Positions 1 through 10,894 of a DNA stretch of 35,763 bases are shown here, one piece after another; position 1 is the first letter of the stretch; each line of letters opens with the position of its first letter. The notes under the pieces are model-generated. The model was not told where the DNA came from. It did not search any database and saw only the letters and a list, made by a program, of their open reading frames with translations. The translations under genes and the position numbers were made by a program. The DNA is from a virus: the UHGV virus genome UHGV-0260253; one strand, written 5' to 3'.

Positions 1-430
1 TCGGATAAACCTTTGCCAGTTCCGGGTATTCTTCAGCAGAAAAAGCCGCACCATTGCATTTTAGCCAGCCTGTTGGCGGAGTGGCGGAAGGCCACGGGAC
101 AGGCACACCAACGGGTAATGCCGAACCTTCTCCCAAACCAAGGTTTTCGAGAGCCGTTTTCACCGTGCCATCCGATTTGATATCGCCAAACGGATTTTTG
201 CGGCTTAACAGCAGCGCACGAAGCGCGGTAAGCAACTGGTCGTGCCGCCCCTTCTCCAGGCTGGCACCGGATGCCTCCACCACGCTGCAGAGCTCTTCCT
301 GCAACATGTCAAAGTAGTCATCATCCAGATCGGTGGCAGGTGTGCCGGTCTGGGGGTTACCACGGGTAAAACCGTTCTTACCCGCGCCGAACTTATCCTT
401 CTGCGCGGTTTTCGTGTCTATACGATGCAT
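1..430 (-). CDS. Tail fibre protein, N-terminal part (gene continues beyond window start)
   Basis: Minus-strand ATG at 428-430 with GGAG upstream, 3 nt after the stop of the DUF2313 gene; open to position 1. Translation [27 protein letters not shown]...[30 protein letters not shown] resembles the conserved collar motif of lambda Stf-type side tail fibres (recalled). Not in the ORF track because no stop lies in the window. Confidence 0.6.
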   Translation of the reverse strand, partial: MHRIDTKTAQKDKFGAGKNGFTRGNPQTGTPATDLDDDYFDMLQEELCSVVEASGASLEKGRHDQLLTALRALLLSRKNPFGDIKSDGTVKTALENLGLGEGSALPVGVPVPWPSATPPTGWLKCNGAAFSAEEYPELAKVYP

Positions 431-433
431 GGA

Positions 434-1018
434 TTACTCCGGATATTTAAAAATTACGTAGGTATGCGAAGGGCAGAGTTTGTTAAGCACGCACTCGACA
501 ACGGTGTCGCCCCAGATACGCAGTGCGGAATCACAGGGATCGCCACATGTCATCCAGGTGGTGTTGGTGGCGGCTGGCATGTTGACCTGCCAGTAATACC
601 GCCATTCAGGCGCGTTCACAGCGTCAGTACAGGCCGATGAGCAGGTGAACGTGCTTTTGTCGTATCGCGTGATGGTGGCATCTGGTCTGCCCAGGGCAGC
701 AAGCTGTGCAAGATAAAAATCCTCGTTGATGCCGCCCGCCAGGTTAACCTTCGCATCCAGTCGTTGCTGACGCTGGCGAAGGGTCTGTGTTCCTGCGGGA
801 ATACATTCATCCGGCAGGCCGCACAGACGCTCCCAGCGATTTATCAGTTCGGTGGTGGTGCGCGGATCCAGCTCCCGCATCAGGGCATCCGCACGCTGAT
901 GAACGCGGGTTAATGACGGTGCCGCACCGGCAATCGCCGGATCGCTGGCTGACCACGCCGGACCGGGCGGCAGCAGTGCCGACAACAGACGGATGTAATC
1001 ATCGTTTGTCACGTCCAT
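434..1018 (-). CDS. Mu gp48-like tail protein (DUF2313, YmfQ-like)
   Basis: 194-aa ORF between baseplate J-like gene and tail fibre; position and size match Mu gp48 / e14 YmfQ family. Confidence 0.65.
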   Translation of the reverse strand: MDVTNDDYIRLLSALLPPGPAWSASDPAIAGAAPSLTRVHQRADALMRELDPRTTTELINRWERLCGLPDECIPAGTQTLRQRQQRLDAKVNLAGGINEDFYLAQLAALGRPDATITRYDKSTFTCSSACTDAVNAPEWRYYWQVNMPAATNTTWMTCGDPCDSALRIWGDTVVECVLNKLCPSHTYVIFKYPE

Positions 1019-2067
1019 GAAATCGTCCCCAGAACCGCCAGTTCATTTTTTGCAATGGAGATATTTTCCGCCGGTGCAAGCAACTGATGGCTGTATTCCC
1101 CGTTCGCACCGGAAATCGCTTCACTGATACGCGACACCTTCAGTTCTCCCTGCGGATAACCATCACGCAGCAGGAACGAACGCAACTCCGCGGTGATGGC
1201 AGCCCGTATTTCCGGTGTATCCGGCGTCACACGGATATGAAAATCCACCGTATGCGCCACCGGCCTGAACACATACAAATCAGAGCCTGCCACCGGGGCC
1301 AGTGGCCCGATATGTTGTCTTGCCGCCGTTTCCGTTGATTCTTCCGGAATGGGATTAATCAGGTCACTGCTGGCAATCATCACACCGACAGTCCCCGTTC
1401 CCATCCAGTGACGGTATGCCCATGCGCGGGTAATGCCGGGCACTTCTTTAGCCCAGACAACATAGTCCCCGTCAGCCCCGCCCTGAGGAGTCCAGTAATA
1501 CCGCTCAATGACGCGGGCGCGCCACGTTTCCAGATCTTCAGTATCAAATCCACCTGTCAGAGTGTCTGCCACGCCGGAAGACGGCAGACCATTAACCGGC
1601 GTAACCAGGATTAATGCCGTACCGTCGTCAGCGTTACCGACCGCGCCTGCAGTTGAGCAGGCGATCGGCACGCGCAGGACACCACCGGAGCTGGTTGCAT
1701 CGGCAGTTGCCGTGTACTGAACCAGGTCATCGCGCTGAATAACACTCCCGGCAGTCACCTTCAGGCCATCGCTGACACCTTCCCAGCGCATATACCCGCT
1801 GGCAGCCGTGGCCCCCTTGCGCGGACACCGTTTCATCGCAGCATGTCGCGCCAGCCAGGACTCATCGCACAGGTCAGGCAGCATGTTCATTGCCAGATAA
1901 TCGATGTAACCGTAAACCGTATGCAGCGCCGCCGCATACACCTTTGCCCGCACGTCTTCATCCATGCGCCGGAGCGTGTCGCTGACGTCCAGCCTGGCGA
2001 ATAAATCGTTACGGAGCATACTGATATTTTCTGCCAGCGTCGGGCGCTGAAATTCACTGTCCGCCAT
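1009..2067 (-). CDS. Baseplate J-like protein (Mu gp47 type)
   Basis: 352-aa ORF in the canonical position after gp46-like gene; overlaps neighbours by a few nt as in Mu-like tail operons. Confidence 0.75.
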   Translation of the reverse strand: MADSEFQRPTLAENISMLRNDLFARLDVSDTLRRMDEDVRAKVYAAALHTVYGYIDYLAMNMLPDLCDESWLARHAAMKRCPRKGATAASGYMRWEGVSDGLKVTAGSVIQRDDLVQYTATADATSSGGVLRVPIACSTAGAVGNADDGTALILVTPVNGLPSSGVADTLTGGFDTEDLETWRARVIERYYWTPQGGADGDYVVWAKEVPGITRAWAYRHWMGTGTVGVMIASSDLINPIPEESTETAARQHIGPLAPVAGSDLYVFRPVAHTVDFHIRVTPDTPEIRAAITAELRSFLLRDGYPQGELKVSRISEAISGANGEYSHQLLAPAENISIAKNELAVLGTISWT

Positions 2068-2482
2068 GCGTTATCGCACTCCACAGATCATCAAAAGAAA
2101 TCATTACCGGTCCGTCACGACGCCAGAGGGTGATACTGTTACCCAGTTCATTAATCCCGGTGCGGCGGATATCCAGATCAATACGGGACACCACGCCGTC
2201 ATCAATCATCCATTGCAGGCATTCGCGGATATACCCCCTTACCGTCTGCACCAGCTGATTGGTCAATTTGCTGCGCTGAAGCAGCCACAGTCGGGAGCCG
2301 TAACGGTCATTCTGTACCGCAGGCCAGGTATCCCCCCACCATCCCATCGGGACGTCGGCGTTGTCATCAGGCTCCGCCCGCCGCCAGGTAAACAGGGAAA
2401 TCACCACAGCGCGGGTCAGCGGATCCAGCGGTGCGCTGGCGCAGGTGCGTTTACCGTTCACCGTCAGCCACAGTTCCATCAT
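2054..2482 (-). CDS. Mu gp46-like baseplate protein
   Basis: 142-aa ORF, 4-nt overlap with upstream gene, position between V-like and J-like genes. Confidence 0.6.
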   Translation of the reverse strand: MMELWLTVNGKRTCASAPLDPLTRAVVISLFTWRRAEPDDNADVPMGWWGDTWPAVQNDRYGSRLWLLQRSKLTNQLVQTVRGYIRECLQWMIDDGVVSRIDLDIRRTGINELGNSITLWRRDGPVMISFDDLWSAITHGGQ

Positions 2483-3027
2483 GCCTCCATCGCTTTATCA
2501 GGTTTGTCGGTGTTACTGCCCTGACCGTTCTCTCTGTGACGATGCCCGTTATAGGCAAGCCGCATCGCTGACATGGTGGTGCCGCCGGAGTCGCACAGGT
2601 CTTTCACCTGTCCGGTCACTTCCAGGTCCATTTCAAAACGTGCTCTGGGCGCATTGCGAAACGTGATCGTTTTACCTGCACCGTCCACCACGATCCCCTC
2701 CCGGGTCAGCGTCACAGACTGCCCCTGATCGTCATAGACAGCCACCTCCCCCGTTTGCAGCCCTTTCAGGCGGTAGCGCCGGTCCGACACCGTAACAACC
2801 ACCGCATGAGAACGGTCGCCATCCGGAAACAACACCACCGCTTCCGCACCGCTGTTTGCCCTTGCGGTAAAACCGTAGGGTTCAAGATGTTCAACCCCGG
2901 CTTTGGGTTCACCGGCAATCAGGGACACATCCACGGTCTGACATTTCGTGGCGGCACTGATGCTTTTCACCACTGCCCGCCCAATCAGGCCGAGGAGTTG
3001 TCGCTGCATGGCTTCAATCGTCCTCAT
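2479..3027 (-). CDS. Baseplate assembly protein V-like (Mu gp45 type, spike)
   Basis: 182-aa ORF following the P-like gene; order P-V-gp46-J is Mu-like. Confidence 0.6.
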   Translation of the reverse strand: MRTIEAMQRQLLGLIGRAVVKSISAATKCQTVDVSLIAGEPKAGVEHLEPYGFTARANSGAEAVVLFPDGDRSHAVVVTVSDRRYRLKGLQTGEVAVYDDQGQSVTLTREGIVVDGAGKTITFRNAPRARFEMDLEVTGQVKDLCDSGGTTMSAMRLAYNGHRHRENGQGSNTDKPDKAMEA

Positions 3028-4106
3028 CAGAACGGGTCCTCCTGTACTCTGGCTTTTTTCTTTTTCCGCGCGCCGGGGGCTTCGGGTTCAGGCAGATAAG
3101 CATCAGGTGGGCCGACACGGATTTCCGTCAGGGTGCCGTTCTGGTCCTGAGTAAACGTGACTTCCGAGACAAGCAGTTCGGTATTGTCGAAACCACAGAC
3201 CGGATCGAAGACAATCACCCGCTGGTTGGGCTGCCACAGCGTACCGTTACCCTGTCGCCAGCCCTGCACCACATAGGTGGTTTCATCCGTCCGCGCCGCC
3301 CGTTGTCGGGCTTCAAAGTCAGCACGCGCAATACAGCCTGCCCCCGTGGCCTGCCCTGTCTGCCTGATATACATCGGACGGTAACGAGCAATAAATGCGT
3401 CCTCTGTGCGGGCCCGCAGCGCGGTGGTGGTGGCCTCACCGAAATCATCGTCGTTTCCGGCACGCTGCCCCGCCACCTGGTAAACTGAAAACCGCTCCCG
3501 GATACTCTTCTCCGTATCACAGGAAAGGATGTTTTCCCCAACTACCAGCGCGGTATGTGCCCGCGTTGAGCCAATACCGCCAATCACCAGCCTGCCGTGC
3601 GGGTCGTCGTAAGCCAGCGCCTGCTGCTGACCGAGTATTTTGTTGATTACCTCAATCACCGTTTCACCGTGATCAGGCTGAACATCAGGAATAACACCCG
3701 ATGGCGCACCGCTGTTCACCACCTCAATGCCGAAAGGCGCAGCAAGCGCCTGCGCAATCTGCACCAGCGAGCGTCCGTTAAACTGTGTCGGTTCGGCTGC
3801 ACAGTCAATCAGGTCAGCCGTCAGACTACGTCCGGCAATACCGGTGCTGACCGAACGGGCATCGTAACGAACGGGAGTCGCCTCCACCCAGCCGGTAATC
3901 ACCAGCTCATCACCAATCAGCACTTCCACTTTTGAACCGTTTTTAATGCGCGGCTGAAGCGTGGTGATACCCTCATCTCCCGGCCACTGGCGAGTGATCT
4001 CCACACTGAAATCCCGCGCCAGCCGTTCAATACCGGCACCGATGCGCACCGATGTCCAGCCATTCCACTCCCGGCCATTTACCCGTAGCGTGACATTGTC
4101 GTTCAT
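3027..4106 (-). CDS. Mu P-like tail protein (late control D family, baseplate hub)
   Basis: 359-aa ORF after the DNA-circulation gene; start codon overlaps upstream stop. Confidence 0.65.
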   Translation of the reverse strand: MNDNVTLRVNGREWNGWTSVRIGAGIERLARDFSVEITRQWPGDEGITTLQPRIKNGSKVEVLIGDELVITGWVEATPVRYDARSVSTGIAGRSLTADLIDCAAEPTQFNGRSLVQIAQALAAPFGIEVVNSGAPSGVIPDVQPDHGETVIEVINKILGQQQALAYDDPHGRLVIGGIGSTRAHTALVVGENILSCDTEKSIRERFSVYQVAGQRAGNDDDFGEATTTALRARTEDAFIARYRPMYIRQTGQATGAGCIARADFEARQRAARTDETTYVVQGWRQGNGTLWQPNQRVIVFDPVCGFDNTELLVSEVTFTQDQNGTLTEIRVGPPDAYLPEPEAPGARKKKKARVQEDPF

Positions 4107-5479
4107 TGCACTGGCACCTTCAGAGGGATCACCGGCACAAAGCCGGGATGCGTAATGGCATTACGCCGGATAATGTCCGCGTCACGCGCCGCGTTATCAA
4201 ACCAGGTCGCCGCCAGCACCAGCGCGGGTAAAACCTCATCCGGTGTGCGCTGAATGATCCGTGCAGACTGTTCAAGGCGCGTGTTGATATCCGCATTCAG
4301 ATCTGCTTTCACCCGGCGCAGCGCCAGAAACAGCGCATCACTGGTTGTACGGGACAACTCCTTATCAATTGCCGTATTCAGTGTGTCGCGAATGTCAGTC
4401 AGTTCTTCCCACGTCGGCAGGTCAACCGTGTTTTTCACCGCCGGTGCATTGTTCAGTGCCGGATGCGTGACGGAAGGCCAGCCAGTGCTCTGCGCGGGTG
4501 TTGTTGCCTGCCCCACTGCGGAATTCTGCATCACCGCGGAAGTTATTGGCGCAGGCAATCGGGTGACGGCATACGCCGCTTCGCTGATTGCGGTCGTACG
4601 AAGGGTGCTGGCAACCACGTTACGCTGCTGCGTCGCCGTGGCGGTGGTTTTACTGTCCGTTTTCCAGACGCCGCGCGGTTGCAGATCGCTGCCGAGGCTG
4701 ACACCGGAAAGCGTTTTGATCATGGTGACCAGGTCGCTGGCGTTACCATAAAGGCGTTTCCCGGTACGCCACATTTTCTGCACCTGCTCAACGAAATTTT
4801 TGCCTGACGATGGCGGCGGCAGAAGTACCGAGATATCCCCCTGCAACAGCCTGGCGGCATCCGATACGGCAGAATCCACCACTTTCATCGCATCAGAAAC
4901 ATACCCCAGCATTATGCTGGCATTACCGATAACGTCGTTCTGCACGAAATCCGCCACGCCATCGATACTGAAACCGCTGAAGCTGTCACTGATGCAGTCA
5001 TCCAGTGCAGAACAGGATGACATCAGCGTCTGCGCCGTCGCCGCACCTGAAGTGGGGTAAGAGAGTTCTCCCGCTTCGACAAACTTCAGGTCAAAGCGGA
5101 CAATACGCCCTTCACTCTTCAATGTGCTGACCCGAACTTCCCCGTCAACACAGACTTTCAGCTCACCATATGTCGGATGGACAAGCGTGCCGGGACCGGG
5201 TTTATTCAGCGCTTCAATCAGGCGATCGCGCTGGTCAAAGCAGTCATCTCCCACCACATAAGCCGTGATGGACGGGCGGAAAGTGATTTTCCCCAGGTCT
5301 TCGGTATAGGGTTTGTCGCGGTTCGGGTATTCGTGTGTTTCCACACGGCGACCGGTTCCCGCACTTTCTTCTTCAACCTTAAACGGCACGCCGCGAAATG
5401 ACGCGTCCTGAAGTCTGTCACGCCAGCCTGAAGACGACGAAAGTAATGAAGGTCGGGTGGGAAATGAGGATAAATCCAT
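4103..5479 (-). CDS. DNA circularisation protein N-like (Mu N type)
   Basis: 458-aa ORF directly after the tape-measure gene, 4-nt overlap with the P-like gene. Confidence 0.65.
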   Translation of the reverse strand: MDLSSFPTRPSLLSSSSGWRDRLQDASFRGVPFKVEEESAGTGRRVETHEYPNRDKPYTEDLGKITFRPSITAYVVGDDCFDQRDRLIEALNKPGPGTLVHPTYGELKVCVDGEVRVSTLKSEGRIVRFDLKFVEAGELSYPTSGAATAQTLMSSCSALDDCISDSFSGFSIDGVADFVQNDVIGNASIMLGYVSDAMKVVDSAVSDAARLLQGDISVLLPPPSSGKNFVEQVQKMWRTGKRLYGNASDLVTMIKTLSGVSLGSDLQPRGVWKTDSKTTATATQQRNVVASTLRTTAISEAAYAVTRLPAPITSAVMQNSAVGQATTPAQSTGWPSVTHPALNNAPAVKNTVDLPTWEELTDIRDTLNTAIDKELSRTTSDALFLALRRVKADLNADINTRLEQSARIIQRTPDEVLPALVLAATWFDNAARDADIIRRNAITHPGFVPVIPLKVPVQ

Positions 5480-5503
5480 AGACTGACCTCAAAAAGGACT
5501 GCG

Positions 5504-7411
5504 TTATCGTGGAAAACGAAAAGGGGAATACCCCACATCGTGCGTGATTTTCATCAGGGGATCGGCTTTGCCCGGTACATCAATTATCTTCATACCTGGC
5601 GGAGCATTCTCGAACGTGACTTTCAGCTCGCTGTGCTGTGTCATGGAAGAGGATGGATTCAACAGCGGAACATTGGGTTTGTACTGACTCAGGCTGGCCT
5701 GATACTGCTCGTACTCTTTACGATCAAAAAAAGGCGTCCAGTCTGAAGCCAGAAACAGCCCTTTATTATCCAGCCAGTTAACCGTATCTTCAGGAACAAC
5801 ACTTTCCAGAGTGTCTTTAACCGGCTCATACATCAGGGTTCCCAGAAAACCATATACCCCGGCCTTCCCGATAAAGCCGCGGCCTTTCCCCATCAATCCC
5901 GTTTCTGCCGATACCTTCCCCAGCGTACGCATCTCTCTGGTCACTGCGGTAATGGATTTGGTAACGTCAGCAACCCATTTGGTTGTCATAAACAGGGCAA
6001 TCGCTTTCAGAACAGTTTCCCATCCCCCCATCGCCTGCGCCGTTTCATCCACCACGTGCCAGACTTTTTTTATGACAGGGCCTACGGTTTCCCAGTTATC
6101 AATAATGAGGTAAGCACCACCAACCAGAAGAGCAATCAGCCCCTTAGCAGGCGTCATATTCATCACACCGCCGAGAACTTTCATAATTCTGGACAAAGAG
6201 CCTGCAGCGGCTCCCACTGTCAGTAAGGCCAGACCGATTTTAGCAATGGTCTTAACGAGCTCCGGGTTTTCACGGACAAATGTTCTCACTTCCTCAAGGA
6301 GCGGTTTTACCGCTTCAAGACCATCATTAACCTCAGGAAGAAACGTTTCCCCCAGCGTGGAAGAAATGGCATCAAGTTGATTTTGCAGAAGTAAAAGCTG
6401 GTTTTCCGTCGTCGCTGCCCTCGAAGCATATTCCTTCTGCATCGAACTGCCATACTGCTGGGAATCTGCAACCCGCCTGAAGTTGGTACGCAACAAATCA
6501 AGGTTAGTCAGCAGAGGTGCTATCGCGCCCAGAGACTCTTTCCCGAACAGGGCATTCAGCACAGCTGCCTGTTTTTCTTTAGGCACTTTAGCCATCGCAT
6601 CCAGTACAGACAGCATGGTGCCCCGGGCATCTTTCTGCATATCAGCAGCTAATTTCTTCGGATTGATCCGCAGAAAACGCAATGCCTGTTTCTGCGATTT
6701 TGTCGCAGAATTTCCCGCGGTCAGGGAAAGCATGAAGTTCTTGATCCCTGTGGCGGCAATTTCTGACTCCACGCCCATCCCGGCAATGGTTGCCCCCATC
6801 GCCGCGATTTCGCCGGAAGCCACACCTGCAACACCACCTAAAGGACCAATACGCGTAACAATATCGGAGATTTTCTTCGCGTTCGCCGGGCCGGTATTAC
6901 CAAGGTAGTTGATTTTGTCAGCCAACCCGGCCACTTCATCCTGCGTCATATTAAACGCAGTACGCCACTGGGCCATCATCTGCCCGGACTCTTCAGCCGT
7001 TGTATCAAAGGCCACGCCCATCTTCACCGCATCAGTGGCAAACTGCATCAGTTCATCACGTGCAATCCCGGCCTGACCGCCAGCCGCCACAATTTCCGCG
7101 ATCCCGTCTGCAGACATGGGAAGCTCTGTAGACAAAGCGCGTACCTGTTCCGTCATGGCCTTAAATGCATCCGGCGTATCCAGACCGTCCACCACTTTGC
7201 GGACATCAGCCATCTTCGATTCAAGGGTGATGGCTGATTTTACAGGGAGTGCCAGTGCCCCCATTATTGCAGTACCCGCCCCGGCAGCGCCCAGAGCAAG
7301 GCTGGAGACTTCTTTCTGAAACCCCTTAAGCTGACGCTGCATACCTTTAAGCGGGCCGGACAGCCTGTCAACGGCGGTGATGATGGCTTTCAGCTGAAAA
7401 TTATCAGCCAT
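5504..7411 (-). CDS. Tail tape measure protein
   Basis: 635-aa ORF, Ala/Gly-rich with predicted coiled regions, positioned after tail assembly chaperone and before baseplate genes. Confidence 0.8.
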   Translation of the reverse strand: MADNFQLKAIITAVDRLSGPLKGMQRQLKGFQKEVSSLALGAAGAGTAIMGALALPVKSAITLESKMADVRKVVDGLDTPDAFKAMTEQVRALSTELPMSADGIAEIVAAGGQAGIARDELMQFATDAVKMGVAFDTTAEESGQMMAQWRTAFNMTQDEVAGLADKINYLGNTGPANAKKISDIVTRIGPLGGVAGVASGEIAAMGATIAGMGVESEIAATGIKNFMLSLTAGNSATKSQKQALRFLRINPKKLAADMQKDARGTMLSVLDAMAKVPKEKQAAVLNALFGKESLGAIAPLLTNLDLLRTNFRRVADSQQYGSSMQKEYASRAATTENQLLLLQNQLDAISSTLGETFLPEVNDGLEAVKPLLEEVRTFVRENPELVKTIAKIGLALLTVGAAAGSLSRIMKVLGGVMNMTPAKGLIALLVGGAYLIIDNWETVGPVIKKVWHVVDETAQAMGGWETVLKAIALFMTTKWVADVTKSITAVTREMRTLGKVSAETGLMGKGRGFIGKAGVYGFLGTLMYEPVKDTLESVVPEDTVNWLDNKGLFLASDWTPFFDRKEYEQYQASLSQYKPNVPLLNPSSSMTQHSELKVTFENAPPGMKIIDVPGKADPLMKITHDVGYSPFRFPR

Positions 7412-7495
7412 GCTTCATCTCCTCATTTATACGGACGGCCTCTGCCTCCAGATCAGCAAAGTGGGAAATAGCCGTCCGGCGAAGTTCAAGGGGGT

Positions 7496-7819
7496 TTAAT
7501 TTCCAGAACCACGCGACATTGTAGAATCGCTTCCGGAGGTCTCTTCCGTCTCCAAGCCGGTAAAAAAACGCATTACAATCATGCCTGCCTTGAAAATATC
7601 CAGCTTCGTCATCTGCGCTGCAGACGAGCGCGGGATCCCGGCCAGAAGCGGGATATATTTCAGCGCTACCTGACTGTCCATTTTCATACCACCATCAGGC
7701 GAAACAGAGAAAGGGAACCCCAGCGCCTCAATCTCGTCATACGTAGGCTCACGTATTTCCAGCACATGCAGTGTTTCTTTGTGGGCGATGATCGGTTTTT
7801 TAAGTACAAGCTCAATCAC
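7496..7819 (-). CDS. Tail assembly chaperone (short form)
   Basis: 107-aa ORF between tube and tape measure; contains slippery T_TTT_TTT near its 3' end (see frameshift finding). Confidence 0.6.
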   Translation of the reverse strand: MIELVLKKPIIAHKETLHVLEIREPTYDEIEALGFPFSVSPDGGMKMDSQVALKYIPLLAGIPRSSAAQMTKLDIFKAGMIVMRFFTGLETEETSGSDSTMSRGSGN

Positions 7820-8172
7820 TGGTAATCCCCTTCTTCACCGTGGAACTCAAGATCAACCGTGCCTTCTTCGGCATTATGGTTCGCTTCGCCGTGCAGCCAG
7901 GCAGACGACAGTACATAGACCTGACCGTTCGCCAGCTCGGCAGTGATGGTCATCTCATCAGACGAGGTGATTTTGCTCACCGGAAAATTCTTCGGCACCT
8001 TGAAGGTCCCTTTGACATAGGGCGCACGGTGAGTTTCCTTGCGGTCCACTGAACCGTCCAGGCCGATGATGTCATCATTGACCGTCCTGTTCATGGGCAC
8101 CTCAATGCCGCCGGTCAGCGATAGCTGCTGACCGTCAATTTTGAAATAACAGGTTCCCCCGATACGGGCCAT
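7816..8172 (-). CDS. Tail tube protein
   Basis: 118-aa ORF immediately after the sheath gene, 4-nt overlap with chaperone. Confidence 0.7.
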   Translation of the reverse strand: MARIGGTCYFKIDGQQLSLTGGIEVPMNRTVNDDIIGLDGSVDRKETHRAPYVKGTFKVPKNFPVSKITSSDEMTITAELANGQVYVLSSAWLHGEANHNAEEGTVDLEFHGEEGDYQ

Positions 8173-9668
8173 TATGCGGACTCCTCTGAATACTGAAGAC
8201 GGAACTGGTTAACCACGGCAAAGACACGCAACTGGTTAACATAGTCAGGCGGGAACAGCGTGTTCAGGCGGTTCGGATCGCTGGCATCACGCTCCACAAC
8301 CAGGTACTGCTTAAACAGTTCGTAGTTTTCCACGATCCCCGCACGCTCAAGCTGACGGTAGGTTGCCAGCAGTTCCCCTTTGATCACCGCCGGGGTGACA
8401 ATCGCCTGACCGGGACCAAAGCGGGTACCGTCACTGGCAAGCTTGTGACGCCCGTACTTACTGGTAATGACGGATTTCAGTTTGCGCAGTACATACGCGC
8501 TGGTATGCAGCGTCTCGCTGTCGAGGTAGCTGTTATCCGCAACCCCGTAAGCGTTTTTCCTGTACGTGGTGACATCACGCTGAATGCGCAGTACCCCGCT
8601 TTCGACATACGCCGTTGCCACGCCATGAGACAGCAGGGTCTGTTGTTCGGTCATCGTGAACCGTTTCCCCTTCGGCGCAGGCAGCATACCCACCAGCTCA
8701 CCGGTCTGCGTGGGACGTGCCGGATCGTTGCGGATAAACACCGCTGCGCGGGCGGTACGACTTGCCGCCAGCTCGTCGGCAGGCGTCTGGGTCTCTTTTT
8801 CGTACCCCGCCAGGGTGATGTGCTGCTGGTTAAACTGGTCACCTGCGGTCACCAGTTCTGACAGTGTGCCGATCTTTGCCGTATACACATGACCATACAG
8901 CTGACGCGCATAGCTCCAGCGACCGCTGGTATCGTTCATCTCGGTCACCAGCGTGTTAACGGAGGCCGTGTCGTTGAACGGCAGACCGATATAATCAAAC
9001 GGCTCATCCGCCATTGCAGCCACCGCGCCGGTGAGAACAGGAGCGCCCGTTCCGGCGGTACCCGTCGCCACGGCAATCTGTACGCCCGCTGGCAGCACTT
9101 CGCCCCCACCGAAGCCGTAGTAATTGAGGCTGACAGGAATTTCATTCCCGCAAAGCCCCTTATGACGCGCGGTCAGTGTGACCACGCCAGCCGAAGATGA
9201 AGCTGTAAACGGCAGAGTCGGAACGGCATTGATGGCATCCTGGATACTGCCGGCAATCGTCGTGACGTTATCGCCGTTGGTCACCGGAGCCTGCACGCGG
9301 GTACGTCCCACATAGACATTCACCGTGCCGCTTTCGGTTGCTTCCCCGGTCACCGTCAGCGTAACCGTTGCCGCCGCGCCTGTGGCTTCCGGAACGGCAA
9401 TCACATACAGCTCGCCAAACGGGTCGGTCTGGCGATAAGCCTCGACCATACGCGCCAGCTGACTTCCCGCACCACAAATCTGGCGTGCATAGTCTGCCGA
9501 CGGCATCAGCACCAGACTGTTGGCAACAATCTCTGCACCGTTATTGGCATGACCAATCAGCAGCGATGCTCCGCTGTCCTGTGCAGTATTCGCCGCCTGG
9601 TTATCCATTTCCGCATAAAACAGCGGAACCAGCGTATTCGACGGAATGGTGTTAAAGCTTATCGTCAT
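8172..9668 (-). CDS. Contractile tail sheath protein
   Basis: 498-aa ORF, largest structural protein preceding tube gene; Mu L-like position. Confidence 0.85.
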   Translation of the reverse strand: MTISFNTIPSNTLVPLFYAEMDNQAANTAQDSGASLLIGHANNGAEIVANSLVLMPSADYARQICGAGSQLARMVEAYRQTDPFGELYVIAVPEATGAAATVTLTVTGEATESGTVNVYVGRTRVQAPVTNGDNVTTIAGSIQDAINAVPTLPFTASSSAGVVTLTARHKGLCGNEIPVSLNYYGFGGGEVLPAGVQIAVATGTAGTGAPVLTGAVAAMADEPFDYIGLPFNDTASVNTLVTEMNDTSGRWSYARQLYGHVYTAKIGTLSELVTAGDQFNQQHITLAGYEKETQTPADELAASRTARAAVFIRNDPARPTQTGELVGMLPAPKGKRFTMTEQQTLLSHGVATAYVESGVLRIQRDVTTYRKNAYGVADNSYLDSETLHTSAYVLRKLKSVITSKYGRHKLASDGTRFGPGQAIVTPAVIKGELLATYRQLERAGIVENYELFKQYLVVERDASDPNRLNTLFPPDYVNQLRVFAVVNQFRLQYSEESA

Positions 9669-9822
9669 CGGTATTCACCTTTTTATTCACGCGCCGGATA
9701 TCACCCGCTGCTTCACGGCGCAGCCAGTAGTTGTTCTCGTCAACATTTCGCCCTTCGGCGGGCAAAAGGTCGCCGCGGGCAGGGTCAGGAACTGACCGCC
9801 CTTTAACAGGTTTGACAAACAT
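9652..9822 (-). CDS. Small hypothetical protein (56 aa), not in ORF track
   Basis: Manual translation from ATG at 9820-9822: MFVKPVKGRSVPDPARGDLLPAEGRNVDENNYWLRREAAGDIRRVNKKVNTDDDKL; fills the gap between DUF1834-like gene and sheath. Confidence 0.3.
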   Translation of the reverse strand: MFVKPVKGRSVPDPARGDLLPAEGRNVDENNYWLRREAAGDIRRVNKKVNTDDDKL

Positions 9823-9830
9823 GAGGATCC

Positions 9831-10391
9831 TCAGGAAGGAAGGGTTATTTCGGTGTGATGTTCGATATCGCCGTCAGGCCCGTTACCGGGCTCGAGATAA
9901 TCAACATCAATCGCCAGCGTTTGCAGTTCATCCAGACTGTTCAGATCATCCTGCTGGCGGGTATCGTCTTCAGTCAGCTCGCTGATGACCGAAAAATCGA
10001 ACTGATAAATCAGCTCATGACGATTCAGATCCAGCAGCGTGCCGCCGTCATAGGTAATCGGGTTACCGCACGCCTCCGGGTTCCAGCCCAGCAGAGCCTT
10101 AAAGAGCATCTGCCGGACATCGTCCACCACATCATACGAGGCAAACTGACCGCGCTCATCATGCCCGTTACTCAGTATGACAACCACGGAGAAACCCTCT
10201 TTCAGCTCCTGCCAGTAGTCGGTCTGGCTTTTGTTTTCTCCCGGAGAATCATCACCCGGTACAACATATGCCGCCGGGAGTTTCAGCTTTCCGACCTCCG
10301 GCAGATTTTTGAACTGGGCCGCGCCTGCAACCCGGTTTTCAAAATACGGACAGCGGGCACGCAGTGCAGCAATAACAGGCGTCAGTTTCAT
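9831..10391 (-). CDS. Mu-like tail-associated protein (DUF1834-like)
   Basis: 186-aa acidic ORF between gp10-like gene and sheath. Confidence 0.5.
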   Translation of the reverse strand: MKLTPVIAALRARCPYFENRVAGAAQFKNLPEVGKLKLPAAYVVPGDDSPGENKSQTDYWQELKEGFSVVVILSNGHDERGQFASYDVVDDVRQMLFKALLGWNPEACGNPITYDGGTLLDLNRHELIYQFDFSVISELTEDDTRQQDDLNSLDELQTLAIDVDYLEPGNGPDGDIEHHTEITLPS

Positions 10392-10894
10392 CTGTGTCGT
10401 CGCTCCGGCTTCAGTGATTTACGCAATTCCCGCGCCAGAAAATAGCGTGTCCAGCTGCGGTTCTTTTCAAGCGTTTCCACCATAAAGTTATTACGTGGAG
10501 CCAGTCGCCAGCCGCTGCCACCGGATGCACCACGATGATGGCTGCGACGACGCTTTGCTCCTCCCCGGACACCAAAAAACAGAAACGCCGGATAGAAGTC
10601 ACCAGAGATCATCCGGTTCCCCTTCCCGTTGCGCTGGTTAGGGGCAATGCGTGTCATAAAACCGGTTCGCTTTTTACTGGCTCTCGGCACCATGTAACCA
10701 ATCGAACGAGCCAGGCGTCCGGTCTGATAACCGGGGTTTTCACCCGGTGCCGACCGCGCACGGCGCATCACCAGCCGACGGGCATCACGCATATGACGCT
10801 GCCCAATCGTGACAAACGCCCGCCGGACACGGGCACGGTTAAAGCGCATCTCCGCGGGCTGCTGAACATCAACGTGAAAAAAGGGAGTCGCCAT
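10388..10894 (-). CDS. HK97 gp10-family tail completion protein
   Basis: 168-aa very basic ORF, 4-nt overlap with downstream gene. Confidence 0.55.
   Translation of the reverse strand: MATPFFHVDVQQPAEMRFNRARVRRAFVTIGQRHMRDARRLVMRRARSAPGENPGYQTGRLARSIGYMVPRASKKRTGFMTRIAPNQRNGKGNRMISGDFYPAFLFFGVRGGAKRRRSHHRGASGGSGWRLAPRNNFMVETLEKNRSWTRYFLARELRKSLKPERRHR

Noticed and set aside
54-640. Plus-strand ORFs 54..317 and 242..640 at the window start
   Set aside because: They lie antisense to the tail fibre and DUF2313 genes, have no ribosome-binding sites, and look like chance open frames in GC-rich DNA.
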